Part shown: in pieces, positions 40,393-54,333 of the stretch
How positions within the stretch are numbered: position 1 is the first letter of the stretch
Layout of the letters: each line of letters starts with the position of its first letter
Origin: Eledone cirrhosa
Taxonomy: Eukaryota
Direction of reading: 5' to 3'
Assembly (NCBI GenBank): GCA_964016885.1
Contig: OZ024740.1
Span: 98,084,001-98,148,000, forward strand
DNA length: 64,000 bases
Program-made: the position numbers and the translations under genes
The notes under the pieces: generated by a model
The model's input: the letters and a program-made list of their open reading frames with translations, nothing else
Told to the model about the DNA's origin: nothing
The model's database searches: none

Positions 40393-40451
<59 letters not shown>

Positions 40452-40680
40452 CAAATATATATATATATATTTAAAGTGCCCAGTCAACACATTGAAGTGG
40501 TCATTTTGGTGCCACAATAAAAACACCTAGTCCACACTCTAAATAATGTAGTTAGTGTTAGGAAGGGCATCTGCCATAGCAACCAAGCCAGAAACAATTA
40601 TGTATGAGAAAGTCATGATTATCTAATCTGACCTTTCATCCTAGCATGGAAAAATGGACGTTAAACTAATATATGTATAT

Positions 40681-41063
40681 ATAGTGAAATAAAATTACAA
40701 GGATGATTGGTTACTCCTTCATTACGTTTATTGGTGATGCGTGTTTCGCCACTGATCAGCTCAAGGTTCGATCTGTATCGATCTTACCGGACCCTGTAAT
40801 CCGCAGCACATCAGACCCCTTGTAACATTACAAGGGGTCCGACGAGCCACGGTTTACTGAGTCGGGTTAGATCGATACAGATCGAACCTTGAACTGATCA
40901 GTGGCGAAACGCGCGTCACCAATCAATAAATGTGATGAAGGAGTAACCAATCGTCCTTTCACTATATTACACTCTGTCTAGCTATACACCTCGATACTGA
41001 AGTGAATGTAAACATCGAGTGGTCACCCAGGTGAACCTACAGTAACTCCAAGTTACACTCCCT

Positions 41064-41066
<3 letters not shown>
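40681..41066. mobile_element. Palindromic PLE-like remnant (family E) with two back-to-back hammerhead motifs
   Basis: Arms about 40700..40825 and 40828..40957 around cccttgtaa-ca-ttacaaggg. Plus arm: ggt-CCGACGA-gccac...gtggc-GAAA-cgcgcg-TC-acc then AATAAA; the minus arm has CTGATGT. Confidence 0.7.
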
Positions 41067-41110
<44 letters not shown>

Positions 41111-41179
41111 AATATATATATATATTAGTGCTTGTTGTAATTGAGCAGGCTATCATGTTGAATACACTGCTCTGGTATA

Positions 41180-42172
41180 TACTAGGGTCAGATGAAAAGT
41201 TCATAGGCTGGCCAAGATATTCTCATGGAATGTGACCAAATGAGGCCCACACATTTCTTCTATTGGATCCCATTGATGAATTTAGTTTCATCCTGTTGGT
41301 CAAAAATGTCATCAACACTGCGATACTGGTTCACAGAAAAGTGTTTTTTCATTTTTCATGATAGGAAACATATGATAGTCTGATGGGGCCAAATAAAAAG
41401 AGGGAGGGAGGGAGGAAGGGTGATAAACCAGTTCAAAGCCACAATCATGTATGCAACAATTGAAATGAAGGGTTTGTGTGTTGGAGCAGTGTCCTGATGA
41501 AACAAGACCACTCTCATCAGTTTTCCTGGGTATTTGGTCTTGGTAGCCTTTTGTATCTGCCTCAGTAAATTGGTAAAATACTCTCCAATGATAGTGTGGT
41601 GCTTTTGAAGAATGACAAACACAATGCCTGTTGTATCCCAAATAACGGAGGCCATCAACTTCCTTGCAGACGAAATAACCTTGGCCTTCTTGGGGCAGAT
41701 GAGGGGGCGTTTGCAGTGCGTGAATTGTCTCTTTGTCTCTGGCTCAAAGGGGTGAACTCGACACTCAAACTGGATTAGGAAGCATTCAAGGAAACCAGCT
41801 GGATCTGCCTCAAACAATGCTAGATTTTCCTATGAGGTGGTCAGCCTCGTGCACTTTTGATCAGATGTCAGAAGACGTGGTATCCACCAAGCATAATCCT
41901 TCTTCCTACCCAAGTTCATTGTACAGAATATTCTCAACTCTCTCATGGGATATGCTAATAGCATTGGCTATTTGATTTATAGTTAATCATCTGTCATCCC
42001 TCAGCATGTGGAGAATACTATCAGTGTTTTCTTTGGTGGTGGTAGCTGCAGTTTACCTAGAAAAATCAATACAATTGTTACTAACAAAAGTTGAAATTAA
42101 TGCATGCAAGATTTCACAACTGTAGCCCCAATGCTTCAAAGTCAACCTATGAACGTTTAGTCGTCCCTTGTA
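41180..42172 (-). mobile_element. Decayed mariner (Tc1/mariner) DNA transposon
   Basis: ORF pieces VHPFEPETKRQ..KKAKVISSARKLMASVIWD..FHQDTAPTH and HPS..LAPSDYHMFP; TIR-like ends tactagggtcagatgaaaagttcatagg / cctatgaacgtttagtcgtcccttgta with TA flanks. Confidence 0.88.
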
Positions 42173-43057
42173 TACCAACACAATTTAGGATAACTTTATA
42201 GAAACTAGAACTTCTTGATATAGACTTTGTTTCTGATTTTAAAAAACATCACAATCAGATTATATCATGATGCTCCAAGAACATAACGAAACAGTAACTA
42301 TCTACCTATACGTCATAAATGGTAACTAAAAAGGATTATGACTAGGCTATTCGGCCATCTTAGAAAACCCCTTCAGCACAAACTTACATGGAAAAGCAGA
42401 TGGTGGTGGTAGTGGGTGCAATTGTGAAAATTGACCACACCTAGAATAATCATACCACATATTATTTGACTTGCCGTATTATGCATTTTGACGGGAACAT
42501 ACTAAGAAAAAATAAAAAGCTTTTACATACTTTTTGATTCAGCCAGATAAGCAGAATGTTGAATAGAATTAAGAGCCCAATGGGTTTATAAAACACATAT
42601 AAAGTGAGAGGAGGTGATGATAGCACTTTGAATCTAAGTAGAAGAGCACGAAACTGCCATAAAATCCTTGATCAGTAGGATATACCTTTTTAAATGAACA
42701 CTCTGTGCTGATAGGGACTGTATAATGTGTAGTGCAAGCCCACATATGAACTGCAAAACTACTCTCTAGGATGAGGTGTACAGAGCGATGGTGCAAGGAA
42801 GATGAAAGGTAACCAGTGCTATACCAGTATGTCAAACTGAACCATGGGGGCCCAATGGCCAACATAAAATTAAAGATCCGATCCACAAATAGAACAAACA
42901 CAACACTTGGACAAATAATGGAGGCAACACACACAATAGAAAGTTGACAGAGCCTCAACAGAAAACATAAATGAAATAGTAACATCCCTCACCAACAACC
43001 TAATAACTCAGGACAGAAATGGACATATATGAAATAAATAAAAGTGAGACACAAACA

Positions 43058-43500
43058 AAATGGAAACCGCGGAGTGGGGAGACCCAAGAAGACCTGGGAT
43101 GAGGTGATAAAAGTCGACCTTACCCAATTACACCTCTCAAAGGCGATGACACACGACCGTGACCTCTGGCGTCACGCAGTAATACAGAGTACCCGACCTC
43201 CCATAGACAATATGCCCCAAACCCTCCCACTGCAATGTGGTCGTGGAGGTGCCACGGCAAAAAAGCACCCAGCCCACACTGTAAAGTGGACATGTAGGCG
43301 CCACGGAAAAAAGCACCCAGCACTCACTGTAAATGAGGTTGGTGTTAGGAAGGGCATCCAGCTGTAGAAATCAAGCCAAAATCAGTTCCTGTATGAGCAA
43401 GGCATGGTCAGCCGACCAGACACTGCCCACAACAGGACAACCCGTCTAACCCATGCTAGCATGGAAGAACGGACGTAAAACGGTGGTGATGATGATGATG
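43058..43500 (+). mobile_element. 3' end of an RTE LINE (related subfamily)
   Basis: GNRGVGRPKKTWDEVIKVDLTQLHLSKAMTHDRDLWR, then 3' UTR and (GAT)n tail. Confidence 0.88.
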
Positions 43501-43877
43501 AAACAGTGCAATAGACAAAGCCACACACATACATGACACAGATACACGTGCCAAACATGAAGACACATACACAGATGCAAATGCATGCGCAAACATGAAA
43601 ACATGCCAGTGAAAGATAAGATGTAGCAAGAAAAATAAGACCAGAAAGAAGGGGGGGCACAGAGAAGAAAATTAGTCATTGGGGAGGTAACTGAATGTGG
43701 GATGAAAGATCTTTGATGAAATAACCAATAACTAATAATAAATCTGAAGTGAAATTCAAATAATGTATGCATTTTTATTGGCAAAATTGGCAACATAACT
43801 GTCCCCAAAAATTAACGATATATATTTAAACACACAATTTCACATCAAGAATATTACAAAACAAATATATAAACAAA

Positions 43878-43917
<40 letters not shown>

Positions 43918-45339
43918 TACCCACACACTATATTATTTATTTTTGTTCATACATGGAATAAAAGCACCAGCCAAGGTTTCACAGTCCAAACTTTACCACA
44001 CCTCCAGAAAAGAAAAGGCATCAAAATAGTGACCTTTCTTCAGGTGCTAATATGAGATAAGATATTGTTAAATTTTGCTAAGATAGAATGTTTATGAAAG
44101 TTAGCATCAATATACAAAAAGAAATAAGACTGAGGTGTAAATGTGAATTATGAAATCAACCACATGTTTCTGTTCATATAATATAGCAGAAGTATTGTAT
44201 TATGTAGTGGATTGTAATATAGAGACGGTAATATTTATTAGTGTATCAAGTACAGTAGTTTAGAAAATGCATTGTCTTATGTAAGTGTGGATAGAGAATA
44301 AGAAATAAAAAAGATATAATGGAAGTATATAAATCAAATCAAGTCGAGTTTGTTTAATATTTCCATATTGCAAGCAGTTGAGTTTTAAAATGGAAGCATC
44401 CTCTAAAAATTTAACTTTTTGCGTTCAAGTAAATATTGTTTGGAGATGACAAACTTTGTAATATCTTAAATTTCTCACGCAGACAGAGATCATATTTCTA
44501 GGTAACACTGGTGTAAGGATTGGATCTTTCAAGTATCTTCCAAGTGATCTTATGTGGGACGCCTTTCTTCATTAATTACCAGACATTTTAAACCAGGGCT
44601 GTACAGATTCTCATATCAGTATACCTGAAGGAGTGGAGATGCATGTTAAAACGTTGTTTAAAACGATCTTGCACCATGCCGATATATATATATGCATATG
44701 TGTATGCATGTGTGTGTGAGTGTGCATGTATTTATGTACATATCCTCACTGCTCGTAATCACAGAAGTCAATTGCACATAAAATGTAATGCACATCCATA
44801 CACACACCCATACTTACATACATACCTATAGAAATGTGCACTCATACACACACACAAGCAACCAGACACACATGTACTTTCATGGCATCACATAAAATAG
44901 ACAGTGAAAAGTTTCTCATGCGAAAATTATACCGCAATGCTAAAGATTTGATGACACTGTGATACAAATGCTGAAGTAGCTGAAATATTGGAGAATAGTA
45001 TCGCAAGATGTCCAATGTATACATCTCACTTTTGGTTTAGCCAAGTTGATGTAACTTACTTGACAGAACTTACATCAGTGTTAAATCTGTGAGAAATGGA
45101 TAATGCTTTATGCTGTTTTGTGATATAAGCTTCTTTGAACTTTCCATCGATTAAGAAATCAAATGGAATTCGACCATGCTTGAAATAATTCCAGTCTGAC
45201 TGAACACTTCTCTTAATGACTTTGGAAATTCTTAGATTCTTTAGAATTTTTATTATTATTTTATAGTTTTATATTGTTTCTTTATTTGGTGTATTTTTAT
45301 GAGGTTATTTATAATATGTTCATATGTATGTATTCATGC

Positions 45340-45552
<213 letters not shown>

Positions 45553-45556
<4 letters not shown>

Positions 45557-46785
45557 GACTTAAAATTAACCTGGCTAAGACCAAAGTTCTAGTTTGTAGG
45601 AAAGAAAACAAGGCGGCGGTCCCTTCTGGGAAATGGTCGTGCTCGGTATGTAGGAAAGGCGTAGGTAGAAACTCCATCTTATGTCCTAAATGCAAAGTAT
45701 GGGTGCATAAAAGATGTAGTGGGATCACAGGTAAGCTAACTAAGAACATAGACTTTACATGTGGCCGGTGTTCTGGTGCAATAAGTAGCAGCAAGTGCCC
45801 ACAAAATACTAGCTCTTTCAATTGCGCAGAGGGTTCTATAGAAATAGTGGACAGCTTCCGTTACCTGGGCGATAAAATCAGCAGTGGGGGAGGGTGCTCT
45901 GAAAGTACTGTAGCTAGAGTCAGAACTGGTTGGAAAAAGTTCAGAGAGCTTATACCACTATTAGCTGCTAAAGGGTTCTCCCTAAAAATGAAAGGCAGGT
46001 TGTACGATGCCTGCATACGAACAGCAATGTTGCATGGTAGTGAGACCTGGGCATTGTGTGCAGAGGATATACGCAGACTAGAGAGGAACGAAGCTTGCAT
46101 GCTCCGCTGGATGTGTAACAGTAATATACGTGAACGGCAAAGCATAAACGAACTAAGGAAAAAATTAGAGATAAGAGGGATCAGATGTTGTTTACTCGAG
46201 AGAAGGCTGCGTTGGTATGGACACGTGATGCGCATGAAAGTCGATAGCTGTATTACAAAGTGCAGGGCAATAAAGATAGACGGTAGCCACGGAATAGGCA
46301 GACCTAGAAAAACATGGGATGAGCTGATAAACTCCGACCTCACACACTTACACCTTTCCAAGACAATGTCACTGGACCGTGACCTTTGGCGGTACTCAGT
46401 AACAGAGAAGACCCGCCTTGCCAGTAGGCATCTCTAACAAAATACACCCCTCCCGCCGCCACCCCCACCCCATCCACACCACCCCGTTCTATGTAAAGTT
46501 ATGTTGGTGCCGCGCCATCCAGGCCGAAACAAATGAGATCGTGTAGGTGTCACGACAAAAAAACACACAGTCCACGCTGTAATGTGGCCGTGTAGGCAAC
46601 ACGGTAAAAACCTCCCAGACCCACACTGTAAATGTGGTTGGTGTTAGGAAGGGCATCCAACTGTAGAAAACCTGCCAGACAGTCCTATGCGAGCAAGACA
46701 ATCACTCTTGCCTCAAGTGGGACTACCCCCGTCCAAACCCATGCAAGCGTGGAACACGGACGTTAAACGTTGATGATGATGATGA
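45553..46785 (+). mobile_element. 5'-truncated young RTE LINE copy
   Basis: Near-identical to 10140..11403; ORF 45703..46437; small deletion removes the normal stop; (GAT)n tail. Confidence 0.95.
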
Positions 46786-48029
46786 TATAAATAGTATAAG
46801 ATCAAAAGATATATATATACATGTGTGTTGAGGTGTTTGAATAATTTCTTCATGTCATAATTTCCCGATTCTTCTATCTTTTACACTCTGTCCCTCTTTC
46901 TCTACCTCTCCTTTTTTCTGTCTCCCCCCTCTCTCTCTCTTATCTAAGGTACTCAATGTAAACATATGTCTTAATCCCCACTAATGTGATTTCATAAAAC
47001 AAAAATCTAAAAATATTTGACAAATATTGTGCAAGACATTCTCTTGAAAAGGGGGGCCTAAATACCTTCAGTGCCTCCTGTAATTAAAGAAGACACAGTT
47101 GGCTGCATCAGCAATGTTTCCTTCTTTTTTCTAATGTTAATTTATTTAATATTAAAAGAGGAACAAATGATAAAAGATAGTCAAAACAGCCAGAATATCA
47201 AAGGAACTACGCTTTCTGTCTGCTTGGAAAATATGTTTTGAAAGGAAAATCATTGCTCCTGTTTTCAATAACAAAGATTTACACCACTCCCATTAACTGG
47301 TACAGCTATCATCACCAATAGCATCACCATAATCAATGGTTTTAAAGATATCATTACAAAGGAAAGGATTTTTTGTAGCAATAATAACAGCAACACCATT
47401 ATCAATAACAAGGATGGCATGGTGATAATATTAGCCATACAACTGAAGTTGAAGAATGTCAACCGAGGCATAGTGACATATCAATACATAGTGATAGAAA
47501 GATAAGATATGGTGAAAGCCAACCCATAGAAGTCTTGAGTCGTCACATAAGTTTTGTCACTCATGACCGACACTATGGAACAGTTAACATAGGGTTTGCT
47601 TCTAAATATGCAGCAACAGGATATGTAATGGCTCCTATAAAGAATGCAAATCATTTTCACCCCATCAAACATGGGTTAATGAGTTATAAAAGTGTGCATG
47701 GCTGACATGACATGAGAAATTAATATCTGGTGCCAGTTGCTTTAAACATTTACTAAGTTGTAGTAGTATGTAATATTGTTTTAATCAGTAGACAACACTA
47801 TAATAGTGATTATAATGATTTCCAATGCAGAATCTGCAAAAAGAATGTGGAAAATGTAACCCACTTAATTAGTGAATGTGAGACATTTGTGCAAAAAAAA
47901 AAAAAAATACTAGTGCTGCAATGATAAAGTGTGTTTGTGCATTCATTGGCTGCTATGTTGGAAACACCAATATCAAGTAATAGATAATTTGGTATGAGCA
48001 TGTGCCTTGTAAAGTAATGAAGATGGGAA

Positions 48030-48330
48030 AGCATCAGTATTCTGGGATTATGATTTTTGGACTAATAGAGAAATTGAGCGTCACCAAGTAGATATAGTGA
48101 TATTGAACAATAAAGACATACTGTCAGATCATAGGGGTATCTATACCAAATAACATGAATATTGTGAGTAAAGAGGTTGAAAAATCACCGAGGACTCCAA
48201 ATTGAAAGTGGAGATGTCAAGAATGTTTGGAATGAAAGAGGGTAATGTAAATGTGATACCAGTTGGGAATACCATGCATGATTGGAGTCATACGAAAATC
48301 AGCCATTCACATTTTAAGGAAGTATTATCT
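48030..48330 (+). mobile_element. Highly decayed restriction-like endonuclease LINE fragment
   Basis: Reads FWDYDFWTNREIERHQVDIVILN, resembling the LWNFSIQTDRKIDANRPDIIL motif of the R4/Dong-like element. Confidence 0.45.
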
Positions 48331-48404
48331 GCTAGAAGTCCTTGTAAATTGATAAATAACTAAATACTCCAGGGCATTTCCCATCTACAGTGTTTGTCAA
48401 AGAA

Positions 48405-48503
48405 ATAATTTCTACTTTTGGCACAAGGCCAGCAATTACCCCAGTGCATTACTGGTGCTTTATTTTATCGACCCCAGTAAGAATGAAAGGAAAAGCTAAC
48501 CTG
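48405..48503 (-). mobile_element. Partial SINE family 1
   Basis: Tail and core on the minus strand. Confidence 0.75.
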
Positions 48504-48559
48504 GTCGAGTTACCATTCATAATTGTTTGGCTCTGGCAGATGTTATACCAACACTATAC

Positions 48560-49830
48560 CAAAAGAACGAACTATAGACAATGGGTAAAGATCCTTTGGG
48601 TGATTCCTTCTTCAACTTTCTAACAACCTCCTTAGAATCCTTGCTGTTCCTAGCAAGGTTGTTTTCTGCAACAATCCCATCCTAATGATAATTCCTAACT
48701 TCTCAAGCCATATGTCTCACCTTTTATTAACTTCTCCCACTGCACCAACCACAATCGCTACCACTTCTATGTTTCTGATCCTCCATAGTTTCCTGATTTT
48801 CTGCTTTAGCTCCTGGTGCTTATCAACTTTTTCACTTTCCATCTCATTCACCCTATGGTCCCACATTGAATCAATATCCACAATACTTGCCTTGTTATTC
48901 TTGTTTTCTATGACAACAATGTCAAGCTTTCTAGCCATGACAAAATGGCTTCACTGGGTTGTCGTGTCCTACAAGATCTTGTATCGTTCGTTTTCAGCAA
49001 CCCTTTCTAGTTGGTGCTCATACCATTTCTCACTTCTGACCCTGTCATTCTATGACAGTTTCCAATGAACCAATCTGGCAATGTTTTTATGCCTTCTCTT
49101 GTACTCTTTCTGAGCAAACATCTTACATTCACCTTTCTCACCATACAACTGACAAAGTGTGAAATTCTCTGACTTATTGAATTTGATATAGCTTGTTCTC
49201 TGTGCCTGATCCTGGGCTGCAAAAATAAAGGCTTTAATTTCAACTTTTAAGTCACTTTTCCTAGTTCTTACCAATTTCAACTTTCTCAGGCATTTCTCGC
49301 AAGAATTGGCCATATGTTTTATTCCGCCCACCTATTCAAAGTGTCCTTCTGTCTAATTTGTTTAAATTTTTTTTCCTTTGATTTATCACTGTTCAGAACC
49401 TTTATCTTTCTTACTCCTTTCATCAATCTCTCCCTTGAATTCTTTACATACCATGCCCAATAACTTTCCTTCGACTTCACACATTTCACAGCTAATGAGA
49501 CCTCTTCCTCTTCTCTGTCATGATAGATACAACCTGTTCGTGTCAATTTTAAGGTGTAGAGCTTCTTATAATGCCATCATTTTCTGAGTCTTTCTATCAA
49601 GCTCCTTTAGTTCATCATATCACTTTATCACACTGAGCTGCAACAACCCATGTGTTGATAGCCAGTATCTTATTCCCACCATTTAACTTTGTCTTTTACA
49701 CCAACTTCAGTCTCCGTTTATATCCATTTGATAACAACTCTTTCATTTGGTATGTTTCCAGGATACCTAAGTACTTATATCCATTGTTGTCAATTTCCTT
49801 TATAACTTGTCCATCTGGCCATACAATTCC
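48560..49830 (-). mobile_element. Decayed R4/Dong-like LINE 3' portion (older family)
   Basis: LKVEIKAFIFAAQDQA..YKRRHKNIARLVHWKL; ARKLDIVVI..IVDI..EKVDKHQELK..LW..VVAIVVGAVG. Confidence 0.8.
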
Positions 49831-49848
49831 TATAATTATTATTATTGA

Positions 49849-50275
49849 GGGCAGTGGATTGGCATTATCGGTAGAGGTCGGACGCTATGCTTTGCAGCAT
49901 AGAGTTACGGCTCTTTATGATCTGAGTTCAAATCCTGCCAAATAACTTTGCTTTTCATTCTTATGGGATCCATAAAGTCCAGTCACGCACTGGGGTCGAT
50001 TTAATCGACTTTCCCCACCGCCCAAATTACTGGCCTTGTGCCTATATAAGAAACCATTATTATTATTATTATTATTATAAGGGCGGTGAATTGGCAGTAT
50101 CGGTAGAGGGTCGGACACCATGCTTTGTGCATAGAGTTACGGCCCTTGCCATTCTGAGTTCAAATCCCGCCGAGGTTAACTTTGCCTTTCATCATTACGG
50201 GGTCGATAAAATAAAGTACCAGTAATGTACTGGTTAATTGCTGGCCTTGTGCCAAAAGTAGAAACAATTATTATT
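49849..50275 (+). mobile_element. Two tandem SINE family 1 copies (two subfamilies) in (TTA)n
   Basis: About 49849..50060 and 50081..50270. Confidence 0.85.
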
Positions 50276-50376
50276 ATTGTTCTTTGAGTCTCAGTCATTG
50301 ATGTTATTTAACTGGAAAGTTTGTTGAAATGAATATCAAGCCACTACCTGCAGTTTATTTTTATTATTATTATTAT

Positions 50377-53300
50377 AGTTGCATTTATCGTGCTTTATGT
50401 TCATACGAGTTATCACCAAGTCACAACCAGTGACCTCAAGAGACAACAAGGTCCACCATGTTCAAGAAAGAACATACATACTCACACATGCATCTTTAGT
50501 GTTTAGACTTGTGATGTACTTATATTGACAGAATCTTCCTTAGTATATGGGCAGTTCCCATTAGTACTATCTTTTGTATTTCTCCTATACGCGGTTTCCT
50601 GGGATTTGCGATAAGTAATCATTAGACCCCTTAGGTATCATTCCCAGATCGCCTACAACCACTGGTATTGTTTTAGTTCTCAATTTCCACATTTTTCCAA
50701 TTTCTATCTCCAGGTCCTTATACTTGCTCAATTTTTCAAATGTTTTTATAGATACATTCTTGTCTATTGGAACAGACATATCAATTAGCAGGCATACCCT
50801 CTTTTTAAAGTCCTTCAATATTATATCAGGTCTATTTGCATCTATTTTTCGGTCTGTTTGGATGCTAAAGTTCCACAAGATTGAGATGTGATCTTTTTCA
50901 AGTAAGGGAGGTGGTTGATGCTCCCACCAATTCTTTTGATGGGGCAGGTCAAAATGCTTACACATTATCCAATGTATGTATTGTGCAGCTCTGTCATGCC
51001 TGTTTAGGTATTCGGTTGGAGCTATAGGACTGCACATTGAAATTATATGGTCAATGGTCTCTGGTTGTTTTTTACATACACGGCATAATGGGCTGCATCC
51101 ATTTTTTATTATGTTGGGTTGGTAATTTTTTGTTGGCAGACACTGATCTTGTGCTGATATAATCAGTCCTTCAGTCTCCGACTTCAGTCCAGAGGATGCC
51201 AACGACTGATGGGTTAAAGTTTTGTCAACATCAGGATTGTTAGCTCACTCTGGGTATTTTCCATACAGAGGCTTTTCTTGCCATTTCTTAGCCAGTTTCT
51301 GTAGCCGTTCTTTCTTTGCAGTTACTTTTACCTGCTTTGCTTTTTCTGTGTTTTCCATTTCAGCAGTAAATGGGACTTCTGAAATTTGTAGTCCATTACT
51401 GTATCTTTGTGCATCTTTTGTAATGGAATATGATCTTTTGATGCTTTCGTGTTTCAAAACGAGTTTGATCATCCAATCATGTGATTCCCTTAGATATGTA
51501 GATAATCCAATTGTTGCAGTTTTCAACGCAATGTCTAACTGGATTAACCCACGTCCTTCTTCTTTCCTAGGGAGATATATTCTATCTATATCTGCCTTAG
51601 GGTGATGCATTCTGTGCATGGTTAAGAATTTTCGAATTTTTGTATCGAGCCTACGGATCTCTGTGCTTGACCAGTTGATGACATTGTAACTGTAGGTTAC
51701 TACTGGTATGGCAAGCGTGTTTATGGCATCGATCCTATTCCTTGCATTCAATTCCGTTCTTAATATTGCTCTTACTCTGCGGTAACATTCCTTCCTTATC
51801 CTTTCCCTCATTGTCGAGTGCTTGATTCCGTCTCCTTCACAAACACCTAGATATATGTAAGTTTTTTCTTGATTAAGTTCTCTTATCACGTTCCCCCGAT
51901 CAAGATTAATGTCTGAACTCTTCAGCAGCCTGCCTCTGGTGAACGTTGCTTTGGCGCATTTATCTAGTCCAAACTCCATTTTAATGTCATTACTGAACTG
52001 CTTCACAGTGGATAATAGCCCTTGCAATTGTTCATCTTTTTTTGCAAATAGTTTCAGGTCATCCATGTAGAACAAGTGATTAATGGTTTTGTCATAGACT
52101 TTATATCCATGTTTTGTTTCATTGAGCATTTTACTTAATGGTATAAGTGCGATGCAGAATAAAAGCGGTCATAAAGAGTCACCCTGAAAAATTCCACAAT
52201 TAATATTAACTTCTCCAGTCTCCAGTGATTTTGTTTCACTATTCAAAAAGAGTGTCGTTTTCCATGTCTTCATACTGAATGACAAAAACCTCCTGACAAC
52301 GGGGGATATTTTGAAGATCTCTAAACATTTTTCAATCTAACTGTGTGGCAAACTATCGAATGCTTTTTTATAATCTATCCAAGCAGTCGATAGATTTTTG
52401 TGTCTATTATGACAATCTTCCAGTATCATTTTGTTAACCAGAAGCTGATCCTTACAGCCATATGAGCCTCGTTTACACCCTTTCTGCTCAATGGGAAATA
52501 GGTCATTTGTTGTCAGGTGGTCATATGTGTATTCAGTTAGGACTGATGTTAAAATTGTATACATTGTGGTCAAGCAAGTTATCGGTCTGTAATTTTGGGG
52601 ATTGTTTGTCTCATCATTCTTCGGAAGCAGGAATGTAATGCCGTTAACTAGCCATGATGGTATCTTTTCTGGCTCCTTAACTATTTCATTGTAAAGTTGG
52701 GCTAACAGCTCATGAGATTCTGTGAAGGCATTTATCCAAAAGTTTTGTATTTTGTCTTTTCCTGGGGATTTTCATTTGCTGGTTTTTCTTAGAGCCAAGC
52801 GCAACTGTTCAACTGTTATATTTTCCCATATTTGTTCCTCAAGGTGAGCTGTATCTTTCATTTGTCTGTCTATCCATGGGGCATGTATGTTATGAACTTT
52901 TTCTCCGGCCCAGATCTTTTCACAGAATTCTTGCACTTCCTCCTTGGGTGGTATTGATTTAGCAGTTATTGTTGACTTACCAATTTTTCTGTAGAAGTTT
53001 CTTTGGTTGTTTTTGAACATATTATTGTCCTTATAGAATCTAGATCGTTTTTCAAAGCGCCTTATACGAGCAGCTTTGGCCGACACTTTTTGCTTGATTA
53101 TTTCTATCAGCATGTCTATGTCACTTGTTGATTTTATACTGTACTTTTTTTTCAATTTTCTAAGTTTAGTTTGTTTAACATGTTCACCTACTTTATAGTT
53201 TGTTAACATTTCTATGTCAGATCGGAGAAGGTTTATTTGGCGATTGATGTTCACTTGCCAAGTAGATTTCTTGTGGGAACTCCTTTGTTTTTTCATCTTC

Positions 53301-54333
53301 ACTCCACATAAGTGAGTGGTGACTTTAGCCGATGCATAATAGAGATGATTTAAATCAGTAATGTTTAGTTTGTTTGTGATGATAATTTTTTGATAATTAT
53401 GTTAGTCTTGTGTATTATCTTTTGGTTCTGTTTGGAGTTCTGGATCTTAGGGAGGGTGTCTCGTTGCCCTATGTCAGATTCTTTTATTTTCATCCATTCG
53501 ATCAAAATTTCATCCTTCAAGTTGGCAAGTTCATTCTCATTCATTACTTTATCATTTACGATCTCATTACTTTCATTTTGAGTTTCATCTTGAGCATGCA
53601 CTCCCTCCACTTTTTCGATCTTTTCTTTAATTTGTTCTGTTGCCAGTGATTCCGCCCCAACCCTGGGATTCGAAGTGTTACAATTTACCTCGTTTTCACT
53701 GACACATGTTTCATTTTCCCTTTGCTGACTTTGTGCTAATAGCTTGATCTGATAAATTTCTATATCAGTTAGTAACTTTTTTCTTACAATATTTCTTTGT
53801 ATATTGGCTAGTTTGTTACTGTCAATATAGCCTCTGTTTTCGGGATGTTTCTTTTTCCAGTTGATATATGTCTGTTCTGTATTCGATGTATTTGATGGGT
53901 AGTACATGGCAGTGTAGAAAGCCTCAAGGACTTCTTTATTATCTTCCCTTGACCATTTTTCTCTCTTTTTCTTTGGATTTCTTGGTGGTGAGCATGGAGG
54001 GCCAACAGTAGGAGTATTCCGGTTATGGGAGGTCTCCAGCTCCGAAGTGATGGGAAGGTTTGAACCATTAGCTGATTTTTCGACCCCAGTCTGGTTCCTC
54101 TCTGAGGGACGCGGCCCTTTTTTACCCGGGTGACGGCCGATCCGGTATGAGATTTTATCATTAGACATTTACTTTATTTTGTCGCGTTTTATCCTTATCC
54201 GCCAAGGGGTAATCATTTCGTGTTACCACTTCTAGAACAAGTGTCAACCAAGACTAGAGGGGTCGTTCTCCCCTAGAGACACGGCTATTCCCCGCCGGCC
54301 GCCATCCCGGTATTTCTTGGTCACGGGGTTTTC
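50377..54333 (-). mobile_element. R4/Dong-like LINE (RT, CCHC, restriction-like endonuclease), near full-length, disrupted
   Basis: KWSREDNKEVLEAFY; EQKGCKRGSYGCKDQL..AWIDYKKAFDS; NHLFYMDDLKLFA; CRVCKKQPETIDHIISMC..RHD..RPDII..LIDMSVP..EKLSKYKDL; 3' end in (TAA)n. Confidence 0.92.

Noticed and set aside
42230-43000. Possible ancient PLE or LINE remnant (FLDIDF, TAIKSLISRI)
   Set aside because: Motifs are too short and decayed to support a call.
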